From Ranitomeya imitator (lineage: Eukaryota), in assembly GCF_032444005.1 (NCBI RefSeq), contig NC_091290.1:7564001-7628000 (forward strand): 64,000 bases of DNA. The letters are read 5' to 3'. This document shows, in pieces, positions 62,356-64,000 of the stretch. Under the pieces are notes generated by a model that made no database searches, was not told the origin of the DNA, and saw only the letters and a program-made list of their open reading frames with translations. Made by a program: the position numbers and the translations under genes. Position 1 is the stretch's first letter. The number at the start of each line of letters is the position of its first letter.

Positions 62356-62462
62356 ATGGCGTTCCCTGTTCTCAGAATCCGAGCGCGGCCATAAAGAGCT
62401 GGATCCACTACAATAAGGAGGAGCGGGAGGGATTCTCCGAGGTGCTGATCTCCAGCCTGAAG
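62356..62462 (+). CDS. KBTBD4: KBTBD4 exon 3, (D)GVPCSQNPSAAIKSWIHYNKEEREGFSEVLISSLK
   Basis: cccatcag| acceptor and |gtagga donor; 107 nt; phase-compatible with exon 2; matches DGVPCSQNP...NKEERE. Confidence 0.95.
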
Positions 62463-62554
62463 GTAGGAACAGTCCACAGTGGAATCGTCACAGCACAACG
62501 GTTTACTTTTTGCTACACTTCCATAAGTCATTATCGCTAGTGTTAGGACAGGCA

Positions 62555-62960
62555 GAGCAACCGTGATAGAAAGGTGTCAGGACACGCAGAGCAACCGTGA
62601 TAGAAAGGTGTCAGGACACGCAGAGCAACCGTGATAGAAAGGTGTCAGGACACGCAGAGCAACCGTGATAGAAAGGTGTCAGGACACGCAGAGCAACCGT
62701 GATAGAAAGGTGTCAGGACACGCAGAGCAACCGTGATAGAAAGGTGTCAGGACACGCAGAGCAACCGTGATAGAAAGGTGTCAGGACACACAGAGCAACC
62801 GTGATAGAAAGGTGTCAGGACACGCAGAGCAACACAGCTATGATAGAAAGGTGTCAGGACACGCAGAGCATCGCAGCTGTGATAGAAAGGGGTCAGGACA
62901 TGCAGAGCATCACAGCTGTGATAGAAAGGTGTCAGGACACGCAGAGCATCACAGCTCCCT
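62555..62960. repeat. 34-bp minisatellite (gcagagcaaccgtgatagaaaggtgtcaggacac)
   Basis: Visible tandem units. Confidence 0.92.
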
Positions 62961-63479
62961 GTCTGTGCAGCTGCAGACCTGTCTCATTGCCTGTGGAAAG
63001 CTGCTACAATGGACACCTTATCAGACGTGGAGCGATGGATGTAGTTGCCCCTTCTGGTGAATCCGGTTGTCCTTCATGTGGAGCTCGGGTGCGGTGCTTC
63101 CCTGTTGAAGGTGCGGGACCACCCGGTATGTACGGAGCCACACGGCCTCATATAATGTAGCTGGTTCTCATGTTGTCCGCCATCATATCTAGTAGCCACA
63201 ATCTGCCTCGCGCTTCTTTTCATCTCCTTTACACTTGGTGACATCAGGGATGGTGATTTCCCTACGTGGCGCCATGTTCTGCTCCTCGGATCATTTTCAC
63301 ATCGATTTCCCGGGGCTTCTCCTACTTGTGTCCTGGACGTCGGCAGCAGAGTCAGGGGTCTGGATGTGTGGGGTCTGTACACACACTACTAACATAAAGT
63401 TAGGGACACTTGGCTTTTGGGTGAAATTTATGGAAACTGTAAAGTTCCTGCTACAGTGATCTTTTATCCTGTAAGTCGG

Positions 63480-64000
63480 GCATTAAGTAGAACGAATAAC
63501 TTGTCCTGTGGCCTTCAGCATCAATTACAGCCGACATCATCTGCTGCTAACAAGTGGAGTTATTGTCGCTCGGACATTGCGTCCCACTCTTCTTGTAGCG
63601 CGGCCCTCCGGTCATTGAGGTTCTAGGGTACAGAGTTATGAGCCTCTACATGGTGACCCAGAGGTATTCTGTGTGATTCAGGCCAGGAGAAAGTGTGGAC
63701 TGCTTCATCTGAGGTCCCCCCAGGCTCCATCAGCTGGTCCCTAATGATGCGACCTCGATGAGATGGAGCATGGCCGTCCATGAAGATGACCTTAGGCCGG
63801 TGTCTGTGCATAGCTACAATCAGTGGATTAATGACGTTATTCCCGTAGTAGTGGCCAGTGTAGGGCCGTTCTGTATGACTAGACCATGTAACCACCACCA
63901 AAGCCTCGTTTGGTGACCACAGTGGCTGATGCACAGCGCACTCCTTGAAGTCTCCAACATCATTGGCGGCCATCTTTTGTGCTCAGCGTGAACAGAGTCT
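63480..64000 (-). mobile_element. Decayed Tc1-like transposase fragment
   Basis: HYYGNNVINP...VIFMDGHAPSHRGRII resembles FMDDNAPxHRARII, followed by a frameshifted SPDLNxIE-like region. Confidence 0.65.

Overview
Vertebrate genomic DNA, most likely a frog (inferred from the repeat families). It covers the conserved MTCH2-C1QTNF4-NDUFS3-KBTBD4 block: the last three MTCH2 coding exons (+), the single coding exon of C1QTNF4 (+), all seven NDUFS3 coding exons (-, 254 aa) and KBTBD4 exons 1-3 (+). KBTBD4 is head-to-head with NDUFS3 across a very short shared promoter. Roughly half of the window is tandem repeat, from more than 15 unrelated minisatellites. Mobile elements include two different DIRS1-type tyrosine-recombinase retrotransposons (one almost intact, in KBTBD4 intron 2), Tc1 remnants, an L1 fragment, a duplicated CR1 fragment and MITE/foldback elements. 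Nearly all very long ORFs in the track are tandem-repeat artefacts. The most unusual signal is three tandem arrays between MTCH2 and C1QTNF4 carrying about 200 co-oriented CTCF-like motifs (CCACTAG[GA][GT]GGAGCT). There is one 140-N assembly gap. Exon and junction coordinates were read by hand; repeat boundaries are approximate.
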